Shown here one piece after another: positions 1 through 11,234 of a stretch of 64,000 nucleotides of DNA; positions within the stretch are counted from its first letter, which is position 1; each line of letters begins with the position of its first letter. The position numbers and the translations under genes were made by a program. The notes beneath the pieces are model-generated. The model saw only the letters and a program-made list of their open reading frames with translations. It was not told where the DNA came from and did not search any database. The stretch is from Anthoceros angustus (taxonomy: Eukaryota > Plantae > Anthocerotophyta), in NCBI GenBank assembly GCA_010909165.1, contig VJWM01000118.1, positions 558,001 to 622,000 on the forward strand, read 5' to 3'.

Positions 1-401
1 ATCTTCACAAGAGTGTAGCTCCCAAGTGCTAGGATCCTTCTTGACATGCTCACACTCAAGGCTCCCAAGGCCTTTAGGCTCCAAAGTTCTATCCTCACGA
101 GTGTAGCTCCCCATGCTAGGATCACAAGATGCTTCTCTACGGCTAGCCTCATCTCCTTTTATAGGGAGGCTTACAACATTTCCAAAGTAACTGCTTAAAG
201 CAGACTTTCTTCCTTAAGCCCTAAGCTAAGTCTTACCACCACTACTTACAACTTACTGACTAGATCCATGGCTGCATGCTAGACTTTCTTCCTTAAGCCC
301 TAAGCTAAGTCTTACCACCACTACTTACAACTTACTAACTAGATCCATTGCTGCATGCTAGACTTTCTTCCTTAAGCCCTAAGCTAAGTCTTACCACCAC
401 C
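1..401 (-). mobile_element. Truncated LTR fragment of the same Ty3/gypsy family as the element at 60.2 kb, inverted
   Basis: Bases 1-~280 are the reverse complement of ~60290-60567 (e.g. cacaagagtgtagctcccaagtgctaggatcc vs ggatcctagcacttgggagctacactcttgtg). Confidence 0.85.
202..401. repeat. 79-bp tandem repeat, ~2.5 copies, inside the LTR fragment
   Basis: agactttcttccttaagccctaagctaagtcttaccacc recurs at 202, 281 and 360. Confidence 0.9.
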
Positions 402-782
402 AATTTTTGTAACTATATGCATATATTAGACCTCGCATCATAAAAGTCTAGCTATGTCTTCCATTAACAAGTTTGTTTCTTATCTTTGTAATTCGTTTGA
501 TCAATCTCATTCAAGTTATTCTAATGAAAACCCTCACAAATAAAACTTTCTCATTTTGCGGTCTCACAATGAGCTAATTATCAAATAAGCCACATACATG
601 AGAATGCAAAACTAATTAAACTAACGGTTGTTTTGATGTACGTGAATTTTTAGCATGTATTTCTAGTGTGGAAGTGTTAGTGAAAAGAGGTGCATCTAAG
701 TAACAGCCTAGAGAAAGATGATAGGTTTATACTACAGTAATTTGTCCACTGTGTTTATCTACAGGATGCATGACGACTTGTA

Positions 783-913
783 CAATTATGATATAGAACT
801 ATTCAACAAATAAATAACATGTTAGTTTTGTCCTTGCTAAAAAAAGGCCAATTATGATATAGAACTATTCAACAAATAAATAACATGTTAGTTTTGTCCT
901 TGCTAAAAAAGGC
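783..913. repeat. 66-bp tandem duplication
   Basis: caattatgatatagaactattcaacaaataaataacatgttagttttgtccttgctaaaaaa at 783 and 849. Confidence 0.9.
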
Positions 914-1532
914 AACAATGTTCTGCATAAAGTATGTAAAATAGTTGGTGAAACCTGTGTACATAAAATAGCTCGTGCACCCAAGACCTTCAAAATCTTC
1001 GGCACCACGACCCATGAAGAAGAAGAAGAATTTTATTTAAGTCCGCTAAGGACGGATTTCCATCATGGGACTGAAATATGATAACTGCATCCATGGAAGA
1101 TGGATTTATCCCATCTTTTTGTAGTCATTAAAGCATCTATTAATTATTCTTTACATACTATTCAAGTCTTTAGAAGATGATATTATAAGGAAAAAATAAT
1201 TATTTACTTTCTCGAGATTTATGCATATTCTCACATTTTTCATGTGTTCACATATTCTTTGCAATTTTCACAAAAGTTTATATGTTCTTATGCCTACACA
1301 TGTGATTAGTGCATCTTTTTAAAAATTAATTGTTTCTTATTTCCATGGGTTTATTTGGTGTATTCAAATGCGGGTTAGTACATATGTTCACAACAAAGAA
1401 CTATGAGGTTCTTATAATGCATTATGTAAAACACACATACATAAGGACTATGAGATTTGAGTTCTCATTTGCATGTACTTATCCGTCACTGGTTGTAGGA
1501 TACTTGTCTTCTGATAATTTGGGGAGCTCAAA

Positions 1533-1964
1533 ATGAATTCATCCTATTTTGTTATCAAAATCAAAGTGCCAGTATTTGTTGGTTTGGTTTTGCTGTCGTA
1601 CTCTTGTCCCACGACCGCAGCAAGATTAGACTTTCCAAGTTCAACTTCTATGTTTTTGTCATCCCTTAAGCCACAACAATCACCTCAAGTCCTTGCACAG
1701 GAAGTTCCGCAATGTCCTTGCACTCAAGTTGCTGACCCTCGAAGCAACACATGCCCCCCTAAGAAAATCTTTGTATGCCTTTGTTACCTTACCATTGGAT
1801 CTAAAGAACAATACGGCATTTGCACAAGACCACTTGATATGATATACCCGAAATGTTATCAATCTTCATTTCCAATATGGCCTGATGCACCGTGGGCACA
1901 ATGGAACATACTTTGTAGATGTCCACTTCAATGTGCAATATGTAAGGCAGAACTTAGAAATTAA
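1533..1964 (+). CDS. Putative secreted cysteine-rich small protein (143 aa, orphan)
   Basis: Single ORF in AT-rich DNA; hydrophobic N-terminus (VPVFVGLVLLSYSCPTTAA); Cys-rich C-terminal half (CPC, CLC, CRCPLQCAIC). Confidence 0.45.
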   Translation: MNSSYFVIKIKVPVFVGLVLLSYSCPTTAARLDFPSSTSMFLSSLKPQQSPQVLAQEVPQCPCTQVADPRSNTCPPKKIFVCLCYLTIGSKEQYGICTRPLDMIYPKCYQSSFPIWPDAPWAQWNILCRCPLQCAICKAELRN

Positions 1965-2415
1965 AATAGACTTTGGTCACAAGTCTTGTTGTTCTTTCGT
2001 ATTGAGAATATCGATTCATAATTCATCTTATATAAATAGATCCTTAAAGATAGATTTAAGTATAAATTTTATCTATATATCTGAGCTATATATTGTGCAG
2101 GTGTGAAGATGGTCTTGCCTTACTCTTTATCACTCTACTATTTTGGCACTAGATCTCTTTGTTATGAAGGAAGCATCATTGGACAAATAGGAGACACAAA
2201 AGTATTCAATTTGGGTTAAGACTAAGTTTCAGACTGGGTGCTTACACAATTTTGTAGGTTGAGCCAGTTTCACAGATTTTTGGAGTTTATGATTTTTGCA
2301 TCTTCAAAATCTAGCGAATTTAGCAAGTATGCTGTGATGTCCAAAATAAGATCTTTGTTTGAATATTTCATTCAGATATTAGATTACTCCAGTGGCCTGC
2401 TGATTTCTCTACGCC

Positions 2416-2596
2416 TTTCTTTGTGTCTGGCCTCTCCCAAAGCTCCCCTTACATTTGACAGGAATGCAGGGATACCCCTTTCGTTGTGTCTGCCCTCTCC
2501 CAAAGCTTCCCTTACATTTGGCAGGAATGCAGGGATACCCCTTTCGTTGTGTCTGCCCTCTCCCAAAGCTTCCCTTACATTTGGCAGGAATGCAAG
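2416..2596. repeat. 63-bp tandem repeat, 3 copies, just 3' of the GST gene
   Basis: ttgtgtctgccctctcccaaagcttcccttacatttggcaggaatgca repeated with period 63. Confidence 0.9.
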
Positions 2597-2696
2597 GCCA
2601 CCTCCTCAGGTGAGATGTGCAAAAGAACTCCAATAACGAATTGGGTATGCATTCCATTCACTCCCGAGTAGCTAATCCTAGTGCTTTCAAAAACGC

Positions 2697-3557
2697 CTAC
2701 TGGTCTGTTTTGGGCAACAGCGCATTGGCCAGTTCCACATACTTCTTACAGGAGGGCCTAGCACTGAGATCCTCCCACCAAGCGTACACATGCTTCCGGC
2801 TCTTGAAGATCTCGACACCCTCAGGATATGTGCGGAGCAGCCAAAGGGTGGGCCCGAAGTGCGATAAATCAGCGAGGGAAATGCCGTCACCAGCAAGATA
2901 TTTGTGTTTGGATAGCTGAGCTTCGTAGACATCCAACACCGCCTCCAGCTTCTTTACGTTCTCTTGAACCTTAGCCTCGTCTCCTGGCCTGCCCAAGAGC
3001 CCCAGGGGATAGAATTTCTCCGACACAATGCCCCGAGTGCAAGTGCTGTAGTTATGCTGCAGCACATCCAGCCACTGGTTCACCTGGCTTCTAGCCCTCA
3101 GATCCTTAGGGTAGAGCTCAGTTCCCTGCCCAGCAAACTTGTCTGCGATGTAGGACGAGATGGCACGAGACTCTGCAAGCATCGACCAGCAGAGCATGCT
3201 CAGAGGGTCAGACAATCAGACCACGTATGCAAAATTGTACTACCGAAGAAGGAACATGACACTCACCGAAGAGACTGTAGTCTCCGTCTTTGATATATGG
3301 CATTTGTCCGAAGGGCTGCAAGCCAGAAAATTCAATCGTGAAGTGAACACATTTCGGTAGCAGCCAGTCGCCTGTTCTGGTCATGCAAACCCGGAAATGC
3401 AAAGACTGACCTGCATTTGCAGATGGACTGGCTGCTTGTGGGCACGAGAAGGAATGTCCACAGTGACAAACTCGAATTCTGCATCCTTCTCCCACAGGCT
3501 GATGAGAACAATGCCCGTGAAGGGAGATGGGCCGAAACCGAACAGCTCGATCGTCAT
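2697..3557 (-). CDS. Phi-class glutathione S-transferase (3 exons)
   Basis: MTIELFGFGPSPFTG...HKQPVHLQMQ / PFGQMPYIKDGDYSLF / ESRAISSYIADKF...LDVYEAQLSKHKYLAGDGISLADLSH; typical Phi two-intron layout. Confidence 0.92.
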
Positions 3558-3634
3558 GGCCTGAAAGTGCTTGGCGCCGAGGGCTGCAGGAGAGAGAGCT
3601 GATGGCCGATATAAGAGGGCAGGATCGGGCTTCG

Positions 3635-3640
3635 TTTATA
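3635..3640 (-). promoter_or_regulatory. Probable TATA box of the GST at 2697-3557
   Basis: TATAAA ~80 nt upstream of ATG; same spacing as at the GST at 33.7 kb. Confidence 0.5.
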
Positions 3641-3825
3641 CCGTCGGCAGACGAGTAGGAAAGCGCCAGGGAAAGCAGGAAGAAGCTGTACCGGAAGCAG
3701 CTCAAGCTTCAGGATTTGATTATCTCACATACCAGACGAATTTATGGGCTTTCATGTTTGGAGGCTATGCGGTCCCATTCCCGCAGCTTCCACGTCACAG
3801 CTTGCGGCATTGCTTGGTCTAGACT

Positions 3826-4663
3826 CTAGTGCTTGATCTTAGGGTAGGAGGGTCCAGCCAGCTCCCAGTACTTTTGAGCGGAGCTACGACTGGTGATGTC
3901 TTCCCACCATGCCTGCACATGCTTCCGGCTGCTGAAGCTCAGGGCCAGCTCAGGGGCAATGTTTCTCAGCCAGAATGTGGAGGCGATGTGGGCGATGTCT
4001 GCCAGGGAGAAGAAGTCGCCGGCAAGGTACTTGTGCTTGGATAGTTGGGCTTCGTAAATGTCCAGCACTTCGTCCAGCTTCTTGAGGTTCTCTTGAGCTT
4101 TAGCCTCGTCTCCTGGCCTGCCCCAGAACCTGGGAGCGTAGAACTTCTCCAATGCGATGTTGAACCCGAATGTGCTGTAGCTGTGGGATTCCACTTCCAT
4201 CCACTGGTTCACAGCGCCCCTAGCCTTCGGGTCTTGGGGGTAAACGTCGGTTCCTTGTTCTGCAAACCTGTCTGCAATGTACCTAACAATGGCACGAGAC
4301 TCTGCCCAAGCATCACACAAGAACCATGTCAACTGAGTTTAATTGCAGTAAGCCTCGCCCACATGGATCACACTCACCGAACAGCTCCAAGTCTCCGTCT
4401 TCGATGTAGGGAACCTTTCCGAAGGGCTGGCAGGCAGATGAAGATGTAGATTAGGTCAGGAAACAGGATCTGCAAGGCCCACAAAGGGGGTGAGATGGAG
4501 CAAAAGTGTACGGTACCTGCTTGGCCAGATGAGGCAGCTGCTTGTGGGCCCCCGCGGCCATGTCGACAGGCACCACCTCGAAGGCTGCATCCTTCTCCCA
4601 CAGAGTGATGAGAACAGTGCCGGTGAAGGTGGACACAGGGACGCCGTGCACCTTGATCACCAT
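3826..4663 (-). CDS. Phi-class glutathione S-transferase (3 exons), tandem paralog
   Basis: MVIKVHGVPVSTFTG...HKQLPHLAKQ / PFGKVPYIED / ESRAIVRYIADRF...WMEVESH...YLAGDFFSLADIAH. Confidence 0.92.
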
Positions 4664-5405
4664 GGTGTAGAAGGTCTGCAGCCGCTGCACCGAAGGGACT
4701 AACAGACTGGAAGAGAAACAATGCCCAACTTCATCTGCTGGAACTTCAGGTTTAAGTAGAACGCTGGATCTCCTAGCAGCGGCGATCCTGCCTGGCTCTC
4801 CGATCGAGACTGGAGCAAGGTTAATGCTCCTCATCAGACTTTAATGGGCACGGCCAGCCAAATAATGGACCCTGTTCAAGATGAAATTCCATGGCGATGG
4901 AAAGACTGTCTAGCTGCGGTTTTGCTGAAGCGGCTCTCGTCTGCTCGAGATCCTCGTCTCATGTCACGCAGTCGAAATTCGGAACAATCCATGTGAGAAA
5001 CGGGGTTTCAACTGTGGGGGCATCTCGTGGGGCAGAATATGCTGACAAGCTGGAGCTTGTGGCTCACAGTAGCCCGGCAAGTTCAGGTACTACGGATGCA
5101 TTGAAGGGAGAGACGCATCGGCCCCTCAGCGGGTTTGGCCCAACTGAGAGGACGACAGCTCCCTCACATTCGGACCGGGTTAAGGGACACACACACTGCC
5201 AGCATCGATAGGAGTGTAATTGGAGATGGGCAATCTGCCCAAAGCCGCTCCTCAAGTGGTCACACTGTCTAACGTGCCTACAAACTGAACAATCCTGCAG
5301 CACCACCCCACACAGAACAATCAGTTCACTGAGGATGATCCAAGTTGAAGCTCTCATCGGTCCGAGAAGAGGTGGAATACAGACCAGCTGATTAGTCGCT
5401 GCTCT

Positions 5406-6542
5406 TCACTTCTGCTCTGTTTTCTCCTTGTCATCCTTCCATGTAGCCTGCCATTGATTGTCGTAGAAGGTCCACTCTTTTGCTAGGCTCTTGAGCTTGG
5501 ATACATCGTCGGTCTTTCGGATGAAGAGAACACCGAGAATGGTGAGCAGCAGCAGAAGCTTTCCCAGAAAGCTGCTCTGTTGGTCCACGAGCCCGACACC
5601 ACTCAAGCTGTCCACGATGAAAGCCGAGGCATAACCCACCATAGCAGCTCGACCTGCAGACAAAAGTCCATATCCACACACAACAGCACCGCATCACCAC
5701 TTGCCCACACATACCAAAACACCTCAACACAACATAACACAACACACGCAAAAAGAAGCCTCCATCCTGCATTCCTCGGCATACCATTCAGCAACTCCGC
5801 CTCCGGAAGGTGAAATCTCTTCACCCACGCCCACCAGGGCACGACCGAGGTCTCGAACACCACAGGCTCGTCGTTGCTGGAGGCCTCGGGGTTATCCTCA
5901 AGCCACTTCCTCCTCAGAACCTCTGTAGAAAAAACCCAACACCAGGCCTGTCACTCCAGCTCCTGCATGCAAGCCAAGCACCAGGACCCACCAAATCCAA
6001 CACCGCATTCTCCATCCCACCCAATCCAACAACCCACCGGCATCAATCACGGCATCCCAATCCGTCTTCCCGTTCTTGGTGAACTGCACCAAGTCCCAGG
6101 TCCCGCTGCGCCAGCGGGGATCCTCAAACTTGTCCCCGCCCACCACGCCCGTCTTGATCCCCAGCGCGGCGGGGCCGGGATCCTTGCCCTCGGCCCCGGC
6201 CCCGGACAGCGTGCCGCCCTTCTGAAGCGGGCCTGACTTCCGCGGGCTCTCCACCAGGGGCGTGTCGGGCTGCTCCGGCAGCGCCGCCACCTCCGCCACC
6301 ACGGAGTCACTCCCGGGGCCCGCCAAGCTCCCCACCGCCTCCTCCTCGTCCACGGCGCGCACCACCAGCCTGCTCCACCTGCCCTGCCTCTGCCCGCTCT
6401 GCAGCGCCGCCCCCCATGGCCCCTGCAGCTGCAGCTGAAGCTGCACCTGGCTCTGCTGCTGCTGCTGCTTCTGCCCGGCCGACGCACAGGGCAAAGCGAA
6501 GCCCGCCAACGGCCTCACCAGCGACGACGCCATGCTCGCCAT
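5406..6542 (-). CDS. LIL3: Light-harvesting-like protein 3, chloroplast (3 exons)
   Basis: Transit-peptide-like start MASMASS; [21 protein letters not shown]; [29 protein letters not shown] motif. Confidence 0.92.
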
Positions 6543-8338
6543 CCCGCACCAGTCACTCTCCTGCTCCACAGCCCACCACGATTCAACCCAAAATGCCAAC
6601 CGCCCACCTCCCGAATTCCCTCTCCCGCACAATGCAGGCAGCAAGGGAAGCAAAACCCAACAAAACCGAACAAAGCCCAGCAAAACCGAGCACACCCGGC
6701 CGGGGCCCAGACAAAAATGCAGCTGAATGCGGAGCGGAGAAGGAGGCTGCGGACGGCAGCAGAATGCGAGAAAAAAAACGCGGAAAATTAGAGCGCAACA
6801 GGACGGGACAGGGCGAGCGGCTGTGTGTGGTTGGGGGATTCGCTCACCTGGAGAGGAGAGGCCTGAATGACACCGCGGCGGGCGAGCTTCGAGACCTGGA
6901 AGATGGAGGGAGCGGAGCTCAGGATAGAGAAGATCCTGCAACGGTGATCTCGGAAGCCCTTCGCCTTCCGCCCTTGCCAAGGGCGGGTTTCGCCAAATCT
7001 CGCCAACCCGAGGGTCGATTAGCTCGCAAACCCTGCATCGCGCCCTTGACAAGGGCTCGGTGGAGTCGATGCCGGGTAACCCAACCCCCGGTTACCGCGG
7101 CCCAGGTGGCGCCTTCGGGCGCCGCGTGTCGAGCGCCGGGGCCTCACAATATCCTCATTTTTCCAGGGATTAACTCGGTGGGGGTACGTATCGTGGTTCC
7201 GTTGCCGGCCCGGCCCAGTCCGTCGTTGCTGCGCTCGCTGGCCAGGACGCCATGGCCGGAAGCGAGGAAGCGAGGAAGGGAGCACCCGATCAGAGGCAAG
7301 AACGCTGGGAGATGCTCGATGAGAGTCCAAATTGCGACGATTCACGATGTTCTGCCGTGAGAAGGACACTGAAAAGCTAGCCAGCGCTGCTGAAATTCAC
7401 ACTCTCCCTTGTGCAATTCTTGAGAAGAGGGATCGGGAGAGAGCCTGATCTAGTCGTAGCAACAGTTGTCGGAGGAGACAGACTTCCAGCTGAAGCTTCT
7501 CCAAGGATTGCAGACTCGACTCTCGAAAACAGCAAGGGAAGCGAGCCGGGATGTACAACATGGGATGCGGGACCAAATCCAACAGATTCAATTACAGTAC
7601 GTAAAGATGATCAAGCCAAGAAGCCACAGACTGATAGTGCCGATTCAATCGGAAATGGTGCCGTCGGACGGAGATGGAGCTGCGGAATCTTCTGCCTTCG
7701 CGGCCCGCTGGGAGTTGGAAGCCTCCGGGCAGTAATTCGCGAGGCTGTCACTGCGCTTGTGGATTTCCTCCCAGACCAACTGGTCCTCCAACAACACGCG
7801 GCTGACATAGTCTTGCATATCTTCTGTGGTTGGCGAGCTCCCATGCATCCCCTCCCACGATTGATGGTAGACAAAGATCGGTGGCGCCGGCGAATTGTGC
7901 ACTCCACGCTTCCCTTGCGCTGTTCTTGAAAAGATGGAGCGGGCCAGAAGAGCTGCTCTCGTCATAGTCATGGTTGTAGGAGCGGACAGAATTCCAGCTC
8001 AAGCTTCTTCACGCGCCGGTGTGAGCTCACTTAGGTCGCTAACAGGATTGCGCCGCTCCAAGACGTTGTTAGCGGACATCAGCATCTGTCTCCTGAGAAT
8101 TCCAACCCTGCAAACAAACTGCGTTATCAAAAGGGGAGCACTACACTACATATACACACCTTCTACGACTCCTCCGAGATCCGAATTGGTAAAACTCCTC
8201 CGAGATCGAGACATCTGAAGGCAGATTAGAGAAGCTCCAAAAGCAGATTGAAACGCCTCAAGCCAGAACTGTCTCGTCGGCAAGGAGGAGTAGAGAGAAC
8301 AAGCAAGCTCTGTCGCCCAAACCGTAACGGTCAGTGTC

Positions 8339-10927
8339 TCACGAAGGACCGGCACCCACCTCTTTCCTCGTGATCTGCTTTTTCCTGCACATGCAGTCCG
8401 GTGCCGGCCACGTGTAGATGGATCCACCTGGCTCCCGTAATTCTTGCGCTTTTAAATCGTTGTCTCTTCTGATTTTCTGCATTGCAGAGGAGAATTCCTC
8501 CCATCTGCAATTCAAGAACAAGCATAGGTTAGTTCGTGGAGGGCAGGGAGGTGCAGGTGAGGACGGTATGCAAGGAGAGTGATTAGTAGTACCCTATGTT
8601 GGGATTGTCCATGAGGAGTGCCATCTTCCGCTTGGCAGGTCTGATTGTTTTGGAGTGACCACCGTTGAGGAAGCGTCGATGTCCGATCAGGAATGAGACA
8701 AAGTTGCCCCCATGAGAAGCCACGAAAACCTCACTCTGTAGACAGACTGTGTAGTCCAGGGCTGCCATTCTGGAAGAGTAGTCCTGCAATTCTCCATGGC
8801 AACTCCAGTCAGAATCTCAGCTTACGGTCAAGCTAAACCGTGGTCTGTTTACTGTGAAGGACAAGAGGCCCACCTTGAAAGGCTCTAGTTCCTCTGGGGT
8901 AACCAATGTCTCTTTGGTTACAAGACCAGGGAACATCTTCTTAAGGGGCCCAAGGAATTTCTCCTCCTCGTAGATCTTTCCCGCAGCTATGTATATTGGG
9001 GTGTCAGGGCCGAATCCCATCCCTCTTAATTCCAAGCCCACCTGATAACCTTGCGTGTCAATCTCTCAGAGGTCTGATGAAACTTGAGACACCATGCATA
9101 GTCATCTAGAAACCCCCCAACAGCAGAGGTAATACCAACCTCTACAGGCGATAGAGGGCACTTGCCATCCTTTCTGAGCACGTCAGCGCCCGGGAGTCGT
9201 TTTCTGTTGAACTTCATTTTCCAGGATGCCTCCCTTGCTTCATCCATCTCCTCCTTCTCTGCTTGGCTTCCTGTGTACTCGCAACGTGAGAAGGCAACAA
9301 TGTCCTACACAAAGGTTTCCGAGGGGGACAAGTAAGTTGCAAGTATTTGTCTCTAACAAAAGAATTACCATAGATGATAACAAACCAGCAGACGACAAAC
9401 TCACCTTTTCAAATCGCAGGTGAACAGATACATAATTCCCACCAGTAGAGGAACTTCTCTCTCGCATCCTATCAACGAGCTTTTGTCCAAGAGAGGAAAT
9501 GGGTTTGGTGAAACGCAGAGCCTCAATATTTGTCCTACATCTTAGCCGCTGTATGCTGGCTGGGATGCCATCATAAGATAGTCGGTTTGCAAAGGGAGAG
9601 ATTTCCAGCACACTGCAAGCATACACCCGATGAGCAAACTAGCAAAATGAACAAGCTGGAATCAGCGTTGGGAAAAAGCTTTCTGTCTGAGGTTACGAGA
9701 CAGATTACCCAAAGAATCGCAGCCGAGGGAGAACTTTCTCCAAGTAGAAACTCGGGGAAGCAAATGCTGTAACCTTAATGTTATCAACGTTGCTGATATT
9801 CTCCTCCAGCTGGTCCATCAACCTATCTGGCAATTCTTTCACGATAGTCACATCCTTTGCAAGTGTACGCAAGAAATGTTCCTCATCATAAATATCACCA
9901 AATTCACTGCAGCAAAGGTGAACCACGATCTCTTAGCAGACGTTTGGGCAGACCAGCAAGTTCAAGACGTGAAAGGAGAAGACGCTTGTTCACACCTTGT
10001 GTCCTGCCAGACGGAGTTCACTTGGAACCGAGGAATCACAAGAGTGGCATTCAGAAGACGAGCTACGGCCACAGCATTACAGATCTGAACAACATAGGTG
10101 AGGACGACAAATCAGCTCCCTCCCTCCTTGTCCTTACTCGTAGGGACACAACACACTGACCAAGCAACAAGGATCTTACAGATGCACGCTGCTGGTTGAG
10201 ACCACCATTTGCCTCAACTATCAAATAGCCGGTGGACTCGGGCAACCCTGACAGAAGCAACATTCCTCATCAGCTCCATCTGTCAAAACTTCCCTGGAGA
10301 AGCTCATGAGCAAAATCACTAGGTTCCAGCAAATGACCCACCTCCATCGGACAGCTGCCGATCAAAACAAGACTCCCACTCTCCTGTTCTCTTCAAGTGC
10401 TCCCAAGCTGGCAAAAGAGGAAACCCTGCCGTCTTGACAGATTCGAGGAACCGAGATCAACATCCTGGAACCAACACGCTTGCACAAATACTTCAGTTCG
10501 ATTCAGGAATTCGCAGTACCTTATTCCCAACCCTGGTGGCCTCAGCTTCCATGGCAGGCCACATACGATCGAAAAATTCCTGGCTGTGGTAGGTGAAACC
10601 GGGAGGAGGAGATCTCGGAGTTTGTACGTTCAATTGGTGCCAAAACGTTGATCCGGATTCCGGATGCCAGTGAGAAGCAGGAAGCTCTAGCCATAGATGT
10701 CCGCAGAAGAACACGAAACACAGCAACGCTACCAGGACCGTCAGCAGGAACAAATTTCGTCCGGTGCAAGCTCGACCAGGGGCAATGTAGGAGAGGACCC
10801 ATCTTAATCGGCTCCTCAAATCGGCACCCACTTGTACTGATCCTTCAAACTGGCTGAACCGGCTCTGCCCATGGCGATGAAGCTTCCTGGCACGGTGGAC
10901 CTCTTGGGGCCCCTGGCTGTTCTGCAT
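8339..10927 (-). CDS. O-fucosyltransferase family (GT106-like) glycosyltransferase, multi-exon; 3' end approximate
   Basis: N-terminal TM helix; [76 protein letters not shown]. Confidence 0.88.
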
Positions 10928-11234
10928 TACCAATAGCCCTTCATCCCTAAGCGCTCTACCATCGTCAGATCTGTGCTCTTCTGGGTAACAGCGCTTCCTC
11001 AACACCAACGAGACAGATGGACATGCCAGGACCCATTACTTGCATATGTAGATTTCATGTGAGGAGGTTACCGAAATGGGAGTCACATCTAACCGAAATG
11101 AGACGAATCTGCTCACCAGCTTATAAAGATTAACTCAGAATAGTTCACATCCCGACTTCTCTGATGCTCTATGTACATGTAACATGGGCGGGAACCAAGA
11201 CCACAAAATTCTGGCACCCAGGCTAAGAATCTTC

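Noticed and set aside
6416-7360. 314-aa + strand ORF and the 5' extension of the LIL3 ORF to 7052
   Set aside because: Stop-poor GC-rich promoter/UTR sequence with no recognisable domain.
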